Positions 59,795 through 64,000 of a stretch of DNA of 64,000 nucleotides are shown piece by piece. The stretch is taken from NCBI GenBank assembly GCA_025603075.1, contig MU626320.1, positions 1 to 64,000 on the forward strand. Reading direction: 5' to 3'. A program made the position numbers and the translations under genes. The notes under the pieces were generated by a model. It saw nothing but the letters and a program-made list of their open reading frames with translations. It made no database searches and was not told the origin of the DNA. Source of the stretch: Neoconidiobolus thromboides FSU 785 (Eukaryota > Fungi > Entomophthoromycota). Position 1 is the first letter of the stretch. Every line of letters begins with the position of its first letter.

Positions 59795-60350
59795 TTATAA
59801 ATATCTTTTAGCAACAGCACGTACTTTAAGGTCAAATTCTTTGCTATTGATCTTGTTATTGACATCATAAAATGGATTTAATAATACCTAAAAAATTAAG
59901 TACAGTTTAAAAAATAGTGAGAGAAATTACTTTCAAATACAACTCATGTACTTCGATGAAAAAACTTCTAATCGAATCCTCATTTTGAACTCCATGCATT
60001 AACATAAACTTTACATAGCTTGGTGTAACATAAGCTGATATTAACCAATCGTTAAACTTATCCACTGTTTTTAAATATCTAATCACGGCCTGTTATTATC
60101 TTGATTTTACTAAATTATAATTAACCTTACAAATCTTTGTTTAGCCACATTACATCTTCCACAATATCCAATGCGCCATGTACAATAAACTGATTTAAAT
60201 GTTTATACTCTTCACCCTTGACTTCTAGTTCAATGCTAATAATCTTTTATATCCTTTATTAGTTACCTTATTACTATTTGTTGAATATCCAAACTCCGCT
60301 TCATAAATTGGATTGTCTTTTAATCCTACTATAGCAAAATAATATGACAT
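59795..60350 (-). CDS. TRS20: Sedlin / TRAPP subunit, 4 exons
   Basis: MSYYFAIVGLKDNPIYEAEF, HLNQFIVHGALDIVED, YLKTVDKFNDWLISAYVT, LLNPFY. Confidence 0.9.
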
Positions 60351-61351
60351 TTTAAACTTAAGAGAATAAAAATAAAGTAAATACTACATCAGTTTAATGG
60401 CCCAATAAAAAAGAACCAATTAAGAGTTGTAATTATAAACATAAATTTAAAGACTATTTGTTGAAATAAATAGTAATATTTAAAATCTACTAAATAACTA
60501 TACTCCAGCCATGAAAAATAGCATAACATGGCATGATTTGTAAATTATGTATTGTTTGTAATGATAGAATATACCTATGGTATAAATTATGAAATACTAT
60601 GAAGTTTAAGCATTTTTAAAATAAAGCTCAATAAAACTAACATATACATTATCGAGAATGTCAGAACACTCCTAGCCATATTAGGGAATAAATAATATTT
60701 AATATTAGTTTAAAAAATGCTAATCATCACTACTACAGCTATAACAGTTAAAATAAAATCAAGTATTTTGGAAATTCCAGAAAAAACTAAGCAATTTTTA
60801 CAGTTTTTGCAATTCAATTTTTTTAACTGATAGACTAAAATAAAGAATATTGGAAACAATGTGGATTTAAGAGGGATTAGTTATAATTTTAGTACTGTTA
60901 ATTTATTTATTCATTTTTTATAGCTTCTGAATCTAGTGAAATAAGAAGCTTGATAAAATAATAAGAATCTTCTTATTTATTATAATTTTAATTGTAACAG
61001 GTATAATTAAAAGTTGTGATAAAATCTATAGATTTGTTATTAAAAAGCAAAAATATCTGATATGGTTTTATTATTTTATTATAGTTTGAATTATAAGTCA
61101 GCAAAATTTCACTAAATTTAATAAAAATTCCTAGATTAACAAGATTTCTATTAATATCAACCAAAGTTGTAATATATAAATGAATACATGTTCTTGTAAA
61201 ACCTAGTTAAAAAATGTTTGTTATTGACTGGGTTATATCCAGTATTACAGACTTGCTATTAAATAAATAAATTATTTCAACGTTATAACTATATTATTAA
61301 TACATTACTCTAAACCAATAAATAGCTGCATGGAAGGGAATGGCCACCCTT

Positions 61352-61808
61352 TGTAAAATCTGGTACTCAGTGATTAGAGTCAAAAGCAGCTTTTACTTGG
61401 TTGACTAGTTGTAAGTCAGAAGGTCTTAGTTTATGTAACTAAGTTAGACTTGACTTATAAACAATAGCACATAATAGGCTATAGACTATGTAAGACAAAT
61501 AGAATAGACAATACTATTGCAAAATCTACGTAAAATAGTATAGAAAGATTTAATGGCTTTATTAAAGGTAATGACATCAGGGAATAATTCAGTTAAAAAG
61601 CCTTGAGTTATGTTAAAAAGCTCCCTTTATACTTCAATAAGTATGGATATCAAAATGAGAGGATAATATTCTTCCGATGGGAAGTTGGAAATTTTCGCAA
61701 CAAATCAAAATAAAAGGTTTGGGATTGATTGTGCCTGAGCTCGAGAATACAACTTAAGTGATTGTTATGTTATAATCAATCATAGAGCTGACAAAGTGAT
61801 ATTTCACA
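61352..61808 (+). mobile_element. ~460-bp TGT...ACA element, copy 2
   Basis: TGTAAAAT...ATTTCACA with exact CCTT/CCTT flanks. Confidence 0.88.
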
Positions 61809-62054
61809 CCTTAAAATTATATATATATTATTAATAACAATAAGTTGTTAATTTTACTATAGTTATAAATAAAAATCTTACATTTTAAAATTAACTAATT
61901 AGTATTTTTTATTTTGTCTAATACTTTAAAGTTATTTTTTTATTATAAAAGATTTTTAAAATGTTTATTAATTATATTTTTTCTACAATGTTTAGCAGAA
62001 AAACTAAAATCAATATTTAAATTACTATTTACTTTTATAAATTTTTGAACATAT

Positions 62055-62149
62055 GGGAATGTATTTTTTTGTTTGAACTTTACTAGCAATCTTTCTACTC
62101 AGATAGTGTTTAGAAAATAGAAAAAGTGATGAAACCAGAAAACATCCCT
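62055..62149 (+). mobile_element. ~97-bp MITE copy
   Basis: ATAT flanks. Confidence 0.8.
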
Positions 62150-62271
62150 ATATACTACAAAAACGAGGTTTAAAGTAGTTTTTCATATCTACTTACATAC
62201 TAGTTTTTGTAAATTTTATAAATAGAAGCTTTTTAATTATTAAATCAATTGAATAGTTTTTTTTATATATT

Positions 62272-62369
62272 GGGGGCGTTTTTTTTGACTTCATTATTTT
62301 TTCCATCTTTTATAGTGCTATTTTAGTAGAAAAATTGAGTAAAATTCTTGAATACAAAAGTACATCCCC
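62272..62369 (-). mobile_element. ~97-bp MITE copy
   Basis: Reverse orientation, ends TACATCCCC. Confidence 0.8.
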
Positions 62370-62772
62370 ATATGTTGAATTATAGTTTAACATTTTAGAT
62401 AAATAATTAAAATAAACTCTGTTTATTATTTTATTTTTTAAATATAAAGCATCAAGCCTTAATATTAGTATAGCTTATTTATTATACTATTTTAAATTTT
62501 TTATATTCATATTTTATTAAAATTTTTGTCGTATAATTTTTATTATATAACTCTTTGATAGTTTTATTAAACATGTTTTTTGAGTATTAATATAAAACTT
62601 ATAATTTATACGACTTTTTTTTATTAAAAGACTTTATATCTTTGTTTCATTTTCTATCGTTATGCTTATTTTTATTTTTACTAAATTTTGACAAAATAAT
62701 TGAACTATTAGATAAATATTACATGACAATTTTAATTTACTCTTTGTATTTTTGATAATAAATTATAATGTT

Positions 62773-62804
62773 AATAAAACTCTTAAATACAAAAATACAT
62801 CCCC
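62773..62804 (-). mobile_element. MITE end fragment
   Basis: AATAAAACTCTTAAATACAAAAATACATCCCC. Confidence 0.6.
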
Positions 62805-62943
62805 ATTTGTTGGTTTTTATTTCCTGTTTTTTTAAAGCATTAATTTTATACATTGCTTAATTAAATTTACTTTTGTTAATAATAAACTTTAATATTTTTT
62901 ATTTTATTTTGTTTTATTATAAAATTCTATAAACTTTGGGTTG

Positions 62944-63407
62944 TGTGAAATATCGCTTTGTCAGTCTCATGATTAATTATAGCATAATAATCGTCTAAGC
63001 TGTTGTGTTCTCGAGTTCAGAGCAAATCAATCCCACGTTCTTAGTTTGATTTGCTATGAGGATTTCTATCTTCGTCTCAAAGAATATTGTCCTCCTGTTT
63101 CGATATCCATACTTATTGGAGTATAAAAGAGATTTTAAAACATGATAGCTCGAGGCTTTTTAACTGAATTATTCCCTGATATCTCGAACATTTAACAAAG
63201 CCACCAAGTTTTCTTAATAGTATCTTACGTACATTTTACATTAGTATTGTCTATTCTATTTGTCTTACATAGTCTGTAGCCTATTACGTACTATTCTACA
63301 TAATTCAAGTCTATCTTAGTCACATAAACTAAAACCTTTCGACTTATAGTGTAGTCAACCAAGCAATAGCTGTTTTTGACTCCAAACACTGAGTACCAGA
63401 TTTCACA
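62944..63407 (-). mobile_element. ~460-bp TGT...ACA element, copy 3
   Basis: TGTGAAAT...ATTTCACA; flanks GTTG/ATTG (1 mismatch). Confidence 0.88.
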
Positions 63408-63522
63408 ATTGTTATGAATAGCTATTAAAGTTAGTGTAAACGAATCACAATGTTTACATAGTATGCTTTCATTTATTGTATTGACATTTTTGAAAATTTT
63501 AAAAATTAATTATAAAAGCTTA

Positions 63523-63982
63523 TGTGAAATATTACTTTATCAGCTCTATGATTGATTATAACATAACAATTACTTAAGTTATTGTATTCTCGAGTTCAGA
63601 CACAATCAACCCCAAGCTCTTATTTTGATTTGCTATGAGAAGTTCTGTCAAGTGATTTTGAAGGGCATTATCCTTCTCATTTTGATATCCATACTTGTCA
63701 GAGTATAAAAGAGCTTTTAGAGTATAGTAGCTTAAGGTTTTTTAACTGAACTATTCCCTGGTATTTCATACTTTTAAAACCACTAAATCTTTTTAATAGT
63801 ATTTTAGATGGATTTTACAGTAGTGTTGCCTATTCTATTTGTCTTACATAGTCTGTAGCCTATTATGTGCTATTGTTTACAAGTCAAGTCTAACTTAGTT
63901 ACATAAACTAAGACCTTCTGACTTACGACTAGTCAACTAAGCAAAAGCTGCTTTTGGCTCTAATTGAGTATCAAATTTCACA
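63523..63982 (-). mobile_element. ~460-bp TGT...ACA element, copy 4
   Basis: TGTGAAAT...ATTTCACA with exact CTTA/CTTA flanks. Confidence 0.88.
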
Positions 63983-64000
63983 CTTATATTTTATTTTTAT

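Noticed and set aside
59795-60350. U12-type intron in TRS20 (human SEDL has an AT-AC intron)
   Set aside because: All introns here are GT-AG and the sequence is continuous through VTPSYVKF.

Overview
Very AT-rich eukaryotic DNA with short GT-AG introns and fungal hallmark genes (CHS7, white collar-2, a GEA/GBF1 Arf-GEF). This is most consistent with an early-diverging fungus, possibly Entomophthoromycotina (inference). Housekeeping genes (aspartate kinase, lysine methyltransferase, GEA, LARP1, APE1-like endonuclease, CHS7, COQ10, WC-2, MSL5/SF1, TRS20) alternate with accessory islands. Main unexplained system: a family of secreted KR/RR-processed repeat-peptide precursors, with two intact genes (16531+, 37148-) and two decayed relics (18011+, 35471-). 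They are arranged as two inverted dyads; the intact genes share a ~320-bp near-identical upstream module and lie near a multicopper oxidase and a trypsin. Other notable items: (1) a divergent, intron-containing PhnZ-like / PhnY-like oxygenase pair with a Pho4-type GCACGTGGG site between them; (2) an AT-AC U12-type intron in aspartate kinase; (3) two intron-encoded copies of a snR73/U35-like C/D snoRNA in a non-coding host; (4) an 8-Cys small secreted protein with a pseudogenised tandem paralog; (5) ~21 copies of a ~97-bp MITE with 4-bp TSDs; (6) four ~460-bp TGT...ACA elements with 4-bp TSDs. All calls were made by eye; no database searches were run.
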